A DNA stretch of 64,000 bases, from positions 19,592,001 through 19,656,000 of the forward strand of contig NC_047017.1 of the NCBI RefSeq assembly GCF_902652985.1. The letters are read 5' to 3'. The DNA comes from Pecten maximus. Its lineage: Eukaryota. The notes below the pieces were generated by a model. The model ran no database searches. It saw only the letters and a list, made by a program, of their open reading frames with translations, and had not been told where the DNA came from. Positions within the stretch are counted from its first letter, which is position 1; each line of letters starts with the position of its first letter. The position numbers and the translations under genes were made by a program. Shown in pieces: positions 1-13,966 of this stretch.

Positions 1-485
1 TTTACCAACCACCGACTTTATCTACCACTGACTTAATCTACCACCGACTTTATCTACCACTGACTTTACCAACCACTGACTTAACCAACCACTGACTTTA
101 TCTACCACTGACTTTATCTACCACTGACTTTATCTACCACTGACTTTATCTACCACTGACTTTACCAACCACTGACTTTACCAACCACTGACTTTATCTA
201 CCACTGACTTTATCTACCACTGACTTTATCTACCACTGACTTTACCAACCACTGACTTAACCAACCACTGACTTTATCTACCACTGACTTTATCTACCAC
301 TGACTTTACCAACCACTGACTTTACCAACCACTAACTTTATCTACCACTGACTTTATCTACCACTGACTTTATCTACCACTGACTTTACCAACCACTGAC
401 TTTATCTACCACCAACTTTATCTACCACTGACTTTACCAACCACCGTCTTAACCAACTACTGACTTTACCTTTCACCGACTTTAA
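1..485. repeat. 16-bp minisatellite (CCACTGACTTTATCTA / CCACTGACTTTACCAA variants), runs off the window start
   Basis: Tandem units directly visible, about 30 copies. Confidence 0.95.
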
Positions 486-3400
486 CGACAACCTGCAACA
501 TACATCACACCATATATTAAACAAATTGTGAAAATTTGCTGACATGAAAAAGATGAAATACTTAACACTGGTGGAAAATCTTCAAAACTTTGAAAGAAAT
601 AACTATTCTTAACACAGAGTCGGTGCAGCATCAAGTGTCTCTTGACAAGATCGGTGACTTTACTGACACACTATCGTATCTGACAAGGTAAAGTCAGGTT
701 TCACTGTATACAGAAACTTCAATTTACACAATCTTAATGTAGATGGAATGCTCTCAGCATTAAAGACCTGAAATAAGAAAACCACTAAAATATCCACATT
801 TACAGTATATGTGAAGTAGCACCAAACAGGGAATCTCGGGGAGGAATCATTAGAAATAAAACTATGAACTGGTAAGTACAATGCAACTGTTGATGGAATG
901 GCATTTACAAATGTCAATAATTCTGGATCTTTGATAATGGTACTAGTTTTGTAAAGTTACACAAATGATGGGACTGTACTTGTTATTTCTGTTAAAGAAC
1001 AAAAATTATCTGAGCACATCTGTGAATGAATAACAATATGCTAATATAACAGATCACACAACAAAACCAGTGTGGTTATATTAGTACCCCAAGGTAAGCT
1101 CCAGTCAAATCATGACATATCCTGTTCCATAGTTTTAATATCAATATAAAATGTGGCTAGTCTAAAATGATGCATTTTTCTTTTAGATTTCCTCACAATT
1201 TTAAACTAATATGATCAACAGTAAAGTTTAAACAAATTATTGGACCAATGAACTTTTGTTTATTTTCAAATCATTAAAAATACAAACAACATGATTATGA
1301 AGAACGTATTCACAGTATCTAGAAACAGAAAATTATGTCTTCATATGCTTAAAATATGTACATTATTATCTATGTAAAAGATATAAGCAAAAATAATATG
1401 CAGGTATAAAGCTTTTAGCATTAAAGTGAAGAGAGACCGGGTCATCTTGCATCATCAAATTAAAACATAGTACAACATCCCTTGGTTTATACAAGTAGCT
1501 CCTAGATTTATATAAAAAAAGATATTATGCTGAAAATCAATTATTAGATCTGAAAAATAGAAAAATTGCAATTTTTAAAGCAAAAAAAAAGCATGTCACT
1601 AACAACATTTTCCCACCACGACTATAACGGCAGGTGCCAAAGGCATACCGACGTTAATAATATATATATATATATATATATTGAAAGGCTTCCAAATGGT
1701 TTGTTGTAAGGCCAATGCATTAATCTAAGGATGTATCTGAGAAATAACAGATATTAGGAGTATTAGGAGATATAGTCACATAAGCAATACATTATGGTGG
1801 GACGGATGTTTTTTTTCTTTTAGTTAAGAATTTTGATCTCTACGGCATTTGATTACACTGTCAATACCCATTGTTTTATCCATTGAAGTGACTATTTAAT
1901 AAGTTTGAATTTAAACTATACTAACAGAATTATATATCCTTCTAAAGGGAGTATTGTGAAATTCTCATTTATAATACAATTAAATGTCATTTATTATATA
2001 CAAATCTATACTGTTAAATGTAGAGGAAAAACTAGGCATAGGCCTTGCCTGGCTATACACAGAATCAGATAACCTCATCGAACAGGTCATCTTGTAAATA
2101 GTAAAACTTATTATATGAGATTGCAACAGCTCCAGCATCACTTCTAAAAAATTGGTATAAAAACTTGAGAATCATTGTCGTACATTGTACGTATAGTGCA
2201 ATCGGCTGTGGATATTTCAACATATTTTATTGGAAATCAATTGGATTGAACATCAGGCTTAAGCCTATATTAAAGTTCTCTCCATAACATATTACATTTA
2301 TTTCAAATAATTAGTATCCGGCTGTGGATATCCAACAATAGTTAATTTACCAGACAATAGGCATTAATTAAAAAAACTAATAACAATGAAACCACACCAC
2401 AGAAACTGAAGATTCTACCTGTAATTATATTCTGATTTTATTATTCAGTGATGACTGTGCGGCTTTCAATCTCACAATATTCTTGGAATCTGTAAATACC
2501 CTAAGAAGGGACTTGTTCATCTCCTACATAAATAAAAGTAGAGTATTTAAAGCACTCCTTCGTCACCTGTTGGCCAAATTTTGGTATTTTGATCAATGAA
2601 GGGCAATAACTCTGTTTAAGTTAAGTTAAATAACTCCATTTCAGTACACATCAAAGTTGGCACATGTTCTTGGCAGAATATACAAGATGAACCACAGACA
2701 ATGTGTCACACACTGAACAAAAGGCCAAAACTCTGTATAAAAGGTGGCCTGAATTCTAAGTTCTTTATATGTTACAGACTACATAGCATAAAACTCTAGT
2801 TATCTCCTGTAGTAATGTGGGGGACTAATTATGCATGGTAAACAACTTGGTACTTTTTTTATTGCAGATTTAAATCTACCTTTAAAACTGAATTGGTCAT
2901 AATGGTAGATATAAGAATCAAATTTTAAACATAGATACCAAATCAAACATTACTATCTATCTATAACAAATATTTCAAAAAAAATTCAATAAATGGCTCA
3001 CTGCTGGTAGAACAAGAAATTAAATTTCAAGCATAGATACCATATCAAACATCACTACTATCTATCTATAACAAATATTTCAACAAAATTCCAATAAATG
3101 GCTCACTGCTGGTAGACAATGATATGTATCACACATAAGATATACTTTATTAAACAAAAATAAAGCTATTTTAAAGTTTTAAATAAGGTTATACAGCAAG
3201 TCTTCAAGGGTAAATAAAAACAATATAATTTGTACATCAACAGATGGTACAAACTGTAGTTGTATTCAACATCGTGGAATGTGATCTCCTCCTTATCACC
3301 ATTTTTTATTAAAGGACAATTAATATATAATAAACATAATTATACTAAATAAATAAATTGGAATTAACACTCTATAAATCTCTACTCTACTTATTGATCT

Positions 3401-3916
3401 GTCACTTTTGGTATAATGACGAGATGAATTTCTTAAGTTGAAACTAGATTTTTTACTTCTATCTTGTCCAAGGCTATTAGAACAATGAGGCTCCTTATAC
3501 TGTACTATATCAAATTTAATACACAATAATTGGTATTTTTTATATGTTCTAGGTTTTCCTCAGACCAAACTGTTACTAAAAAGATTGAATTAGTTACACT
3601 GACTTTCAGATACAAAAATGTATTTGATGGCAAACACATCACAAATTTGATCTACCTGAATCAGTTCTTTGTGTACTAAAACATATCCCTCTAAATAATT
3701 TTAACTTAACCATATTCAAATATGACAAAACTTTTACCAATACATTTTGTAAAACAATGGTCTGTAAATCAAATTTGAAATGAATTGTTGAACTTACAGC
3801 TAAAAGTTTACTTCCAATGTTTTCAAAATAAGTCTCACCTGTGGAAATGGATAAAAAGTAATAAAAAAAATATTGGCAATGAAAAAACGATATCTCATGA
3901 GACAGTAGATATTAAA

Positions 3917-6900
3917 CTATAACTCCAATTCCTCTGTGTGGATATCTATGGTTTCCATCTCTATAAGGTCTCGACTCTCCTCTACCAGATGGTGAGTGCC
4001 ATTAGGAACATCTCTCCTACCCTTTGGGTGGTACTTTCCATTGTGAATGGTATTGTGATTAGGCTCTATCTGTTTACCAGGAAAATGGGTCTCTCTGCTA
4101 AATATACTGGTCTCCTCCGGGTCATCAATATCCAGCAAACCTGTAGCATAGCCAGAAATCCTCTATAAAGCATATACATTGTCAAAATATTATTTAGAAA
4201 GTACGTCATAATACCTGCACCATATATAAAATTAATCTACAGAGTATATCACAAACCTGCACCATACATACATTTACATACCCCATTTCATGGTGGGGAC
4301 ATAAAAAACCTGCACCATAAAAGTTATCTACACAGAATATCACGCAACCTGTACTTCCAGGTATATAATTATTATGTAATCTATTTTTAGATTATACCAC
4401 AAACTTCACCAAATAAATAATCTATCTACTATGCACTAAATCAAGATGATTAATATCCCCAAACAGCATAATAAACTAAATTTTCCTTCTAAATACATGC
4501 TTACCACAGAATCTTCAGTAAAGATATTTATTATCTGTAAAATATATCAAAGAGCCTGTCCTGGTCATAACAAATACATGTTGTCTATTAAAGATATAGT
4601 CATTTCTAGATCTATTAAAGGTCTACTACCCTACATGTACAAAACGGCAGTCATTTTCCTAGACTTCAAGTAAAGATAACATGTCTCAATGAAGACATCA
4701 GTCAAATCACTCAGCGACACCATCACTCACCTGTACACTTCTCTATACAAATTACTACTACAGACATCACTCACCTGTACACTTCTCTATACCAATTACT
4801 ACTACAGACATCACTCAGCGACTCCATCACTCACCTGTACACTTCTCTATACCAATTACTACTACAGACATCACTCACCTGTACACTTCTCTATACCAAT
4901 TACTACTACAGACATCACTCACCTGTACACTTCTCTATACAAATTACTACTACAGACATCACTCACCTGTACACTTCTATATACCAATTACTACTACAGA
5001 CATCACTCAGTGACTCCATCACTCACCTGTACACTTCTCTATACAAATTACTACTACAGACATCACTCAGCGACTCCATCACTCACCTGTACACTTCTCT
5101 ATACCAATTACTACTACAGACATCACTCAGCGACTCCATCACTCACCTGTACACTTCTCTATACCAATAACTACTACAGACATCACTCAGCGACTCCATC
5201 ACTCACCTGTACACTTCTCTATACCAATAACTACTACAGACATCACTCAGCGACACCATCACTCACCTGTACACTTCTCTATACAAATTACTACTACAGA
5301 CATCACTCACCTGTACACTTCTCTATACCAATTACTACTACAGACATCACTCACCTGTATACTTCTCAATACCAATTACTACTACAGACATCACTCACCT
5401 GTATACTTCTCTATACCAATTACTTCTACAGACATCACTCAGTGACTCTATCACTCACCTGTACACTTCTCTATACAAATTACTACTACAGACATCACTC
5501 AGCGACACCACTCACCTGTATACTTCTCTATACCAATTACTACTACAGACATCACTCAGTGACTCCATCACTCACCCGTACACTTCTCTATACCAATTAC
5601 TACTACAGACATCACTCACCTGTACACTTCTCTATACAAATTACTACTACAGACATCACTCAGCGACTCCATCACTCACCTGTACACTTCTATATACAAA
5701 TTAATACTACAGACATCACTCAGCAACACCATCACTCACCTGTACACTTCTCTATACAAATTAATACTATAGACATCACTCACCTGTACACTTCTCTATA
5801 CCAATTACTACTACAGACATCACTCACCTGTATACTTCTCTATACCAATTACTACTACAGACATCACTCACCTGTACACTTCTCTATACAAATTACTACT
5901 ACAGACATCACTCACCTGTACACTTCTCTATACAAATTACTACTACAGACATCACTCACCTGTACACTTCTCTATACCAATTACTAGTACAGACATCACT
6001 CAGGGACTCCATCACTCACCTGTACACTTCTCTATACAAATTACTACTACAGACATCACTCACCTGTACACTTCTCTATACCAATTACTACTACAGACAT
6101 CACTCACCTGTACACTTCTATATACCAATTACTACTACAGACATCACTCACCTGTACACTTCTCTATACCAATTACTACTACAGAAATCACTCACCTGTA
6201 CACTTCTCTATACCAATTACTACTACAGACATCACTCACCTGTACACTTCTCTATACCAATTACTACTACAGACATCACTCAGGGACTCCATCACTCACC
6301 TGTACACTTCTCTATACAAATTACTACTACAGACATCACTCACCTGTACACTTCTCTATACCAATTACTACTACAGACATCACTCAGCGACTCCATCACT
6401 CACCTGTACACTTCTCTATACCAATTACTACTACAGACATCACTCACCTGTACACTTCTCTATACAAAGTCCTTAGACATCACTCAGTCGCATCACTATC
6501 CTGTATACTATAATAGACATCACTCAGTCTCATCACTATCCTGTATACTATAATAGACATCACTCAGTCACATCACTATCCTGTATACTATAATAGACAT
6601 CACTCAGTCACATCACTATCCTGTATACTATAATAGACATCACTCAGTCACATCACTATCCTGTATACTATAATAGACATCACTCAGTCACATCACTATC
6701 CTGTATACTATAATAGACATCACTCAGTCGCATCACTATCCTGTATACTATAATAGACATCACTCAGTCACATCACTATCCTGTATACTATAATAGACAT
6801 CACTCAGTCACATCACTATCCTGTATACTATAATAGACATACCACACGTTACAATTCCTACCTGTTATCTCCAGGTCATATGTAGATATGGTGCTCTCAG

Positions 6901-9900
6901 TCTTGATGAGATACAGGATGGATCTACTGGGCCATAGTAAATGGATCATCACCAGAACACACAGTAGATCTGATCCGAGTGTTATCGCTGTAAAATCAGT
7001 ATTAATTCTTTATAGTCATTGATTATGATGGTCAACTACTTTACAATGTAAAACATTTATGAAACCGTAAAAAATATGTACATTATTGATAAGTCTAAAG
7101 AAAGTAATCCAAATTCAATATTTGATTAATTTTCTTCAACTTCCATAATCAAAGCCATGTTTATTTAGATCTTCCAAGAAGACAAGTGTTTATATCATTT
7201 GAGACAAAGTTTTGAGTTTAAGTGTGTGACTAGATCACTAATTTCTAAAACTACACACTGTGACTTGTAGGCCCTATTCCTCAAATATAACAGTCTATTC
7301 TTAGATTTTCTAATGATCTTCTCAACACAAAACGTCTGAGAAATCACTCCGAAATCTGTAGGAGGGACCTGTATCTGAGAAATCACTCTGAAATCTGTAG
7401 GAGGGACCTGTATCTGAGAAATCACTCCGAAATCTGTAGGAGGGACCTGTATCTGAGAAATCACTCCGAAATCTATAGGAGGGACCGGTATCTGAGAAAT
7501 CACTCCGAAATCTGTAGGAGGGACCGGTATCTGAGAAATCACTCCGAAATCTGTAGGAGGGACCGGTATCTGAGAAATCACTCCGAAATCTGTAGGAGGG
7601 ACCGGTATCTGAGAAATCACTCCGAAATCTGTAGGAGGGACCTGCATTAGTTGTCTCTTTTGACATGCAGTAGGAAATAGCAGGTTTAGTTAAAACTAGC
7701 AACACACCATTAACACTACAAATATTTTATGCTCTATTAAACACTTTTATTCATATTCTTGAAAACAAAATTATCATTTCGACAACAATACAAATTATCT
7801 TGAAGCAATCATATTAGTGTTGACTCTTCTCCAACGACATATGATCAAAGAATTAACTTAACCTCAAATTATCATAATTTCAATTTCTTCAGTTTGGCTT
7901 TATTTATCATTTAACATCCTATCAACAGCCTATAGGTCATTTAAGGATGGCATTATGTGGGTACGACATGCATTTGTGTGGTGAGTGTGTATGTGTTTTA
8001 GGAGGCTGCGTTATGTTCATGTTAAGTATGTGCTAGTCCGGAAGTTTTGCCAATTATAATAATTAGTGCTACCTGAATGAAGCATGCTGCTGAAGACACC
8101 CAACAGGACACCCGGTCACATTAAACTGACAACAGGCAAATTTAAACCAGCCGTCCCACTCCCAAAATGCTGAGTACTAAGCAGGAGTAACAACTACCAT
8201 TTTTAAAGACTCGGGTCTAAGCAAGGGGGCAGAACTGGAAGCCTTCCTTCCAGTGTCAAACACTCAACTTAAGGCCAAAAGTGAGGCATTGTCAAGGGAG
8301 ACATTAGGAAGAAGAAAGTTACTAAGAAAAGATAAGATCCCAAGTTAAGTTGCCTCTTACGATCAAGCAATGGGGGCAGCAAGTACAATTCTTAAGCCCT
8401 ACCTGCTGGGTTATCAATTTCCTCAAAGCTTATAAGATCTTTTATATGCACTATGTTCAGTTTATTCATTATAATTTTCACACAATAACTTACTTAGAAT
8501 AGTTTTATGCTTCCACAATGCTGAGATCTGTGTGCCAATGATTGCTAGGACAGGCAGGTATATAAACCACACGAGGAAAAATGCTCCAAACTGTTGAAGG
8601 AAGTTCAGTCTGTCTGGATGTTTGCTATGGAATACTGTGCGTCTAAGCTCTATGACAAACCATATCATAATCACCACACGTAAACCTAGTGTTATGTAGC
8701 CTGGCCATGTCTGCCATTCATCTATGTTGGAGATTTCATCAACTTCAGTCTGTAATTCAAAGAGAAAGATGGATCACAATTTTTATTTACAAAATGAAAA
8801 AAACATTGTGAGATAGTGCCTGAATTAGTATATACATGAATTATTTCTGAAATTATGATCGATAAAAATATATATATATAGAGCTGTTTATTATGCAAAA
8901 GTGTGTTTGGGTTGCTGAGAAAAATATCTTCTAAGTTTGAGCAAAAATACCAAACAGTTTTGTTTATCATACATTAACTATATTCTCAACAAAATTTCCA
9001 TTGATCTTAAATTTTAAGTAATTACATGTGTATATAAGGTTACCATGAATATGAATATTTGCTAACAAAGAGTCTTACCAGGTTCCAAAAATACAGGACA
9101 GAGTTTGAGAGAGTGTATACACCCCAGATGGAGAAGACCACAGCACGTCCCTTTATCTCCATGTGTGAAATTGTCCAGCCACGAGCAACCAGCAGTAGAA
9201 ACAGCATGAACAGGCACTGTGATATTGTGTCCACTGCATTCCCAACTATTTCCAATGGGAAGAAACCAACTCCATTGAAAGAAAATATCAACAAATGTAG
9301 GAAATTCAGGGCTATACCTATCACTTCCAAAGCTATCACAGATGTAAACAATTGTGTTATGGGATGTTTCTGTTTGATAAATGCATAAAACCAAATAGGA
9401 GATATTATGCCATAGATTATGAGGAAAACTAAATAAATTTCAAAAATATCATGGTCGTCAAATGAAAACTGATGCTCAAATGGATTCAAATGTTTGGATG
9501 CTGGATTTCCATTGACCAGCCAGATGTCATAGTCCAGATTGAATGGCTTGTCATCATTCCGCTCCCACACACAATGGTTACGCTGGCAGGCAACTAAACT
9601 TACATACCAGTACCTGAAAAAAAAAAAAAAAATCTTCAACTCAAGCTTTTACACAACATCAATTATAGAGCGTAAGCATGATTATTGACTTTATAAATTC
9701 CATTGAAGATATTCTGTAATAAGAGGCCCATGGCCCTTAATGGTCATCTGACTCTAAATACCCTTGTATGTACTATTGTATATACATGTAAACTCAATCT
9801 TATTTCAAATATAGTGGTACTGTTGGCCATGGTGGCCATCTTGGATTTTGGACTGACCAGAATATTTTTATAACATCACTTGGTCAGGGCCATCTCAAGA

Positions 9901-11180
9901 TCATTGTAGCCAAGTTGAAAGCCACTGGTGGAACTTGGGAAGTAGTTTGAAATGGGTGTTGTTCAGGAAAACCATGATTGTGCAATCATTTTACAAAATG
10001 GCCACAGTGGCTGCCAAGTTAAAGTTTTTACCAGGCTGAAAAATAACAACACTTTGCTGGTTCCCCTTTCTTAACATCCTCACCAATTTTCAGCTCAATG
10101 GCTCCAGTGGAACTGGAGAAGAAGATAAAAATGTGTCTTTCAAAATAGTTGCCATGGTGGCAGCATGGTGCACGTGGCCATCTTGGCTTTCAGACCGACC
10201 CGAAAAATAACAACACTTGGTGATGGTCAGGATTATCTCAGGATCATTCCAGGCAAGTTTCAACTCAATCCCATCAGTTGAACTTGAGAATTAGTTTGAA
10301 ATGTGAAAAGTTTACGCACTGCTGACGGCGGAAGGCACATGACGACGGACGAAGCACGATGGCTACAAGTCAGATAACCTAAAAATCAACTTTTGCTTAC
10401 GATATATGATCACCTTATATCTTTCCTTATATTGAATCATGAATCTGTATACATTGTATACTGTGTAGTAAGTTCAAAGAATCACCATGGGGTACAAATT
10501 TCAAAAAGTTAACTTTAGAGTACTATTTTTAGTAACAAAACTCTACTTCAATTGTCATATAGCCTAATGGGCATGGTTGCGTATTACGCACAATTTGGTG
10601 ATTTTTCCCAAACTGATAATATATCATATAGCCAACATATTTCTACAACAGACATGGTGTCAGGGCCAGATGAAACTCGGTCTAGTTACCTTGGAGACCT
10701 AAAATCCTGTACTTTGTATGTGAACTGATATCCTGGCATGACGTTAGCTGGGTTATCTTCGTCATAACAAAGTTTTCCTTTAATACACGGGACCTTTCTT
10801 AAGAAATCCTCCAAACCGTGTTTCTTGCACTCGAAGTCAAACGCAATGGTATCAATCTTGTTAAACATACGTGCGCAGGTGTGTTTGTGTAGCTTTCGAG
10901 TACTGTTTCCGTGAAACTCCATAAAATATTCACTATCTACGACAACTAAAGTGACGATTGAAGAGGAATTATTTCTTGAAGTAATATTTCCATAAATAAA
11001 TCCTTCTGTATCCAATAAATCTTTCGTGTTTGTTTTTTGAATACCAAATTTTGCAAGATATTTGTAGAAACTGCCGGTGTTCCATGTCCCTTTGAGATGT
11101 AATGCTGATATTTTTATGTCAACAAATAAACTAACTAGCATTAAAACCAATGTAGCTATTCGAAATGGAGATGATTTCAT
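3917..11180 (-). CDS. GPR180/TMEM145-family (GOST) seven-TM membrane protein, 5 exons, about 543 aa
   Basis: Exons 11180-10690, 9613-9079, 8749-8494, 6987-6862 and 4140-3917. All introns are GT-AG with matching phases; total 1632 nt ending in TAG. N-terminal signal peptide, luminal domain with YLAKFG and PRYWYVSLVAC, then YDIWLVNG...HQFSFD and TM helices with LLLVARGWTI and FLVWFIYLP, typical of the family. Confidence 0.88.
4712..6470. repeat. 44/60-bp minisatellite (CATCACTCACCTGTACACTTCTCTATACCAATTACTACTACAGA, with or without a 16-bp module) in intron 4 of the GPR180-like gene
   Basis: About 35 tandem units; accounts for the spurious 432-aa ORF at 4689-5987. Confidence 0.95.
6478..6840. 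repeat. 40-bp minisatellite (CATCACTCAGTCACATCACTATCCTGTATACTATAATAGA), about 9 copies
   Basis: Near-perfect tandem copies. Shares CATCACTCAG and CCTGTA with the adjacent array and ends about 20 bp from the exon-4 donor. Confidence 0.95.
7335..7645. repeat. 39-bp minisatellite, about 8 copies, in intron 3 of the GPR180-like gene
   Basis: Unit CTGAGAAATCACTCCGAAATCTGTAGGAGGGACC(T/G)GTAT. Confidence 0.95.
7890..8300 (-). mobile_element. Degenerate tRNA-derived SINE
   Basis: Tail TTTAACATCCTATCAACAGCC..GGTCATTTAAGGA is shared with the elements at 32390 and 52065. Internal CCGGTCACATT and GCTGAG..AAGCAGGA resemble mollusc SINE bodies; family not assigned. Confidence 0.55.
9717..10386 (+). mobile_element. 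Non-autonomous Helentron-like element (HINE/pearl-like) in intron 1
   Basis: Starts AAGAGGCCCATGGCCCTTAATGGTCATCTGA, has internally repeated blocks (GGCCATCTTG, AAAATAACAACACTT), a GACG/CGGA microsatellite near the end, and an ACCTAAAAA terminus. This layout is typical of bivalve HINEs. Confidence 0.6.
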
Positions 11181-11275
11181 AGTGAACGTGTAGTTAGTTG
11201 TTTTGTTGTTTTCACTATCATTCCATCGCTTCGGTCACCTCCATCTTGGATTATTACAACTTCCTGTTCGAAATT

Positions 11276-11284
11276 ACTTCCGGT
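11276..11284 (-). promoter_or_regulatory. ETS/GABP-type site (ACCGGAAGT on minus strand) about 100 bp upstream of the GPR180-like ATG
   Basis: Consensus motif at a proximal-promoter position; function not demonstrated. Confidence 0.4.
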
Positions 11285-11337
11285 AAGATAACTCTGTGGT
11301 TTTATGTTGTTGATGTTGGAAAATATGATTTATTAGA

Positions 11338-12222
11338 TATGGAAAGTCGTTACGACATGCTTAATGTTTCGTGCGAAATGCTTAATTTTAAAGTGCAAAC
11401 TTTTTAATGAAGAAATCCTTTGTAATTGAGCATAATCTAGCTAAAAGGGATAAGTTGTAAACAAAGCAACCATACATGTTTTGCTTCAAAGCGGATAATA
11501 TCTCCATCTTCAAGTTAGATGACTGGTCTAACGTTAGAAATCATTTCGCATACAGTAAAGCATTTAGCATGTCGCATTTATCATGAAGCATTTCGCTTTC
11601 AACAGCATTTTTCATTTTGTATCGCATTTAGCCAAAATGCTAAACGCTTATTGCAAAATGTTGTTTTGTTGTTGGCCTCGGTATTTTGAAATGCTGAATA
11701 CTCTCTAGCTGCTCAGGGCCTACTGTCTATTTGCCATGAGTGTTTAAACTGTTTCTGGTATTGTTATCCTCAAATTCATCGTCGGATACCCACGGTTCGG
11801 TGTACTAATTTAAGCTACACTTATCACGCCGTGATGAATTTAGCATGGTGATATCCGACGGTGTCCTCAATTACAAATGAACATTTAACGTTGTTAATGA
11901 GGATTAACAACGTTTGATATGTAATTTAATAGAAAGAAATCAAAACAACAACTCAAGCTTTAACCATTTCGCATTAAACAATTAGCATAAAACATTCTGC
12001 ATTTAGCAGTAAACATTTAGCATAAAGTATTTCTCATTTAGCAGTGAACATTTAAATGTTAGCATGTCATACCGGCTTTCCATAATTAAAATACAATGAA
12101 ATGCTTTTTGCTAAAAGTTTTATGCGAATTTTTTACTTTTGCTAAATGCTTATGCGAAATGCTTTAAGCATTTAGCATTCCTCATCAGGCATTTAGCATA
12201 TCGTACCATATCGATTTCCATA
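11338..12222. mobile_element. Old non-autonomous TIR DNA element with dispersed (GCATTTAGCA)-type subterminal repeats
   Basis: Left end TATGGAAAGTCG..TACGACATGCTTAATG is an imperfect inverse of right end CATTTAGCATATCGTA..CGATTTCCATA. Confidence 0.5.
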
Positions 12223-12404
12223 GAAAATAATTCATTCACAAATTTCTGTTTTCAACTAGATGTTCGCAACAAAAAAGGCTTTAAAATAAATTCCTTGGTT
12301 TCAAATCTTAATGTCACTCTTATTTAGATATTGCTGGAAAAATTATATTTCTTTAATGGTTCGCTTTGATTGACAATTTTTGAACCTTAAAAACATGATC
12401 AAGA

Positions 12405-12915
12405 GTGGATGGGGATAAGTGTGTCAAAAGTTAGCTACGATGTGTGGAGATGGAGGAGTCAACCGGTACCGAAGATGGGTGGAGAGGGAGGTGTCAAAAG
12501 TTAGTCAGGGTGGTTAGAGATGGTTCAGTGTGGGTGGGGTGGCGATAGAGGTGTCAATAATTGGCTCGTGTAGGTTGAGATGGGGGTATCAAAAGTTAGT
12601 CAGGGTTGGTGGAGATGGAGATGTCAAGAATTGGCTTGGGTAGGTTGAGATGGAGGTGTCAAAAGTTAGTCGGGGTGGGTGGAAATGGAGATGTCAAGAA
12701 TTGGCTTGAGTAGGTTGAGATGGAGGTGTCAAAAGTTAGTCGGGGTGGGTGGAAATGGAGATGTCAAGAATTGGCTTGAGTAGGTTGAGATGGAGGTGTC
12801 AAAAGTTAGTCAGGGTGGGTGGAGATGGAGATGTCAAACGTTAGCTAGTATGAGTGGATATAGAGATGTCAAAAAGTGTGTTATGGTGGATGGAGACAGA
12901 GCTTTAAAAAGTTAG
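12405..12915. repeat. G-rich 35-bp minisatellite with a 70-bp dimeric higher-order unit
   Basis: GAGATGGAGGTGTCAAAAGTTAGTC units alternate with GATGTCAAGAATTGGCTT units between 12590 and 12840. Confidence 0.9.
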
Positions 12916-13540
12916 CTAATAAAGATAGAGACTTCTTCCACAGTTTACAGATTTATCTCCAGTTTTAGACGTAAGAAATGTCTCTGTCAACCCCTAGGGT
13001 ATGACAAACCGCACTGAACCGGAAGTACTTACGGAACTTCTTTTTGAGTGACGTCACTATTGTCCCCGCGTTGTTATTTAATGTTAAATATCCGTATGAG
13101 ACACAAGTTTTATGAAATGACAAGATGTATTGTTATAAATATTAGAATAGTATCATCGATACCTTATTTTAGTGTCTATTTGAATGAATATTGTTGATTA
13201 ATTTTAGACCTATGTTTTCTTGTGTAATGAAATTGGTATGCATTTTTGGGGTCGTGATGGTACTTCTTCAAATGAAGTTATTTGTGCGCCGACCATATGT
13301 ATTTGTTTAATACAAACAAACCTTGATCACCGATGGGTGTGGAGGTGTCAGAATATACATTGTAGTAGGGATAGAAGTGCATAATGACGCTTTCATAAAC
13401 TCATGTGAGACATAGCACTGATAGATAACACCAGGAAGTGTGTTCTTATATACCGCTTATCGGCCACCGTATTTTGTGACGTTACATTTGATTTGGGTGA
13501 TCATCCATGACCGATTAACAGACTGTTAAGTTGTATAGAC

Positions 13541-13934
13541 ATGTCCGAAGTACCAGAAGATGTCGAAATTCGAACAAAGGAGATGCATACGGGCGGGGAA
13601 CCATTGCGAGTGATAGAGTCTGGCTTCCCCTCCCTCGGGGGCGACACCATACTGGATAAAATTCGTTTCATCAGGGAAAATTTTGACGCATACCGAAAAT
13701 TTCTGATGTATGAACCACGCGGTCACTATGACATGTACGGAGCATTGGTAGTACCAGCCGACAACAAGAAAGCTGACATAGCCACGATCTTCATGCACAA
13801 TGAAGGGTACAGTACGATGTGTGGACACGCAGTTATCGCCCTTGGACGATACGCTGTAGATTCGGAATTAGTCCGGAACCCTTCCAGTCCGGAGACCCGT
13901 GTGGCCATCAGTGGCGTAGGAAGTCGTCAAAAAG

Positions 13935-13966
<32 letters not shown>

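Noticed and set aside
2930-3116. About 80-bp direct duplication downstream of the GPR180-like stop codon
   Set aside because: Ordinary local duplication with no sign of function.
4689-5987. 432-aa ORF
   Set aside because: Translation of an intronic minisatellite on the antisense strand; low complexity.
7195-7705. Repetitive ORFs (QIPVPPTDFGVIS and SDTGPSYRFR) on the sense strand of the GPR180-like gene
   Set aside because: A 39-bp unit keeps frames open. The flanking exons join in phase without it, and inclusion would interrupt the TM region.
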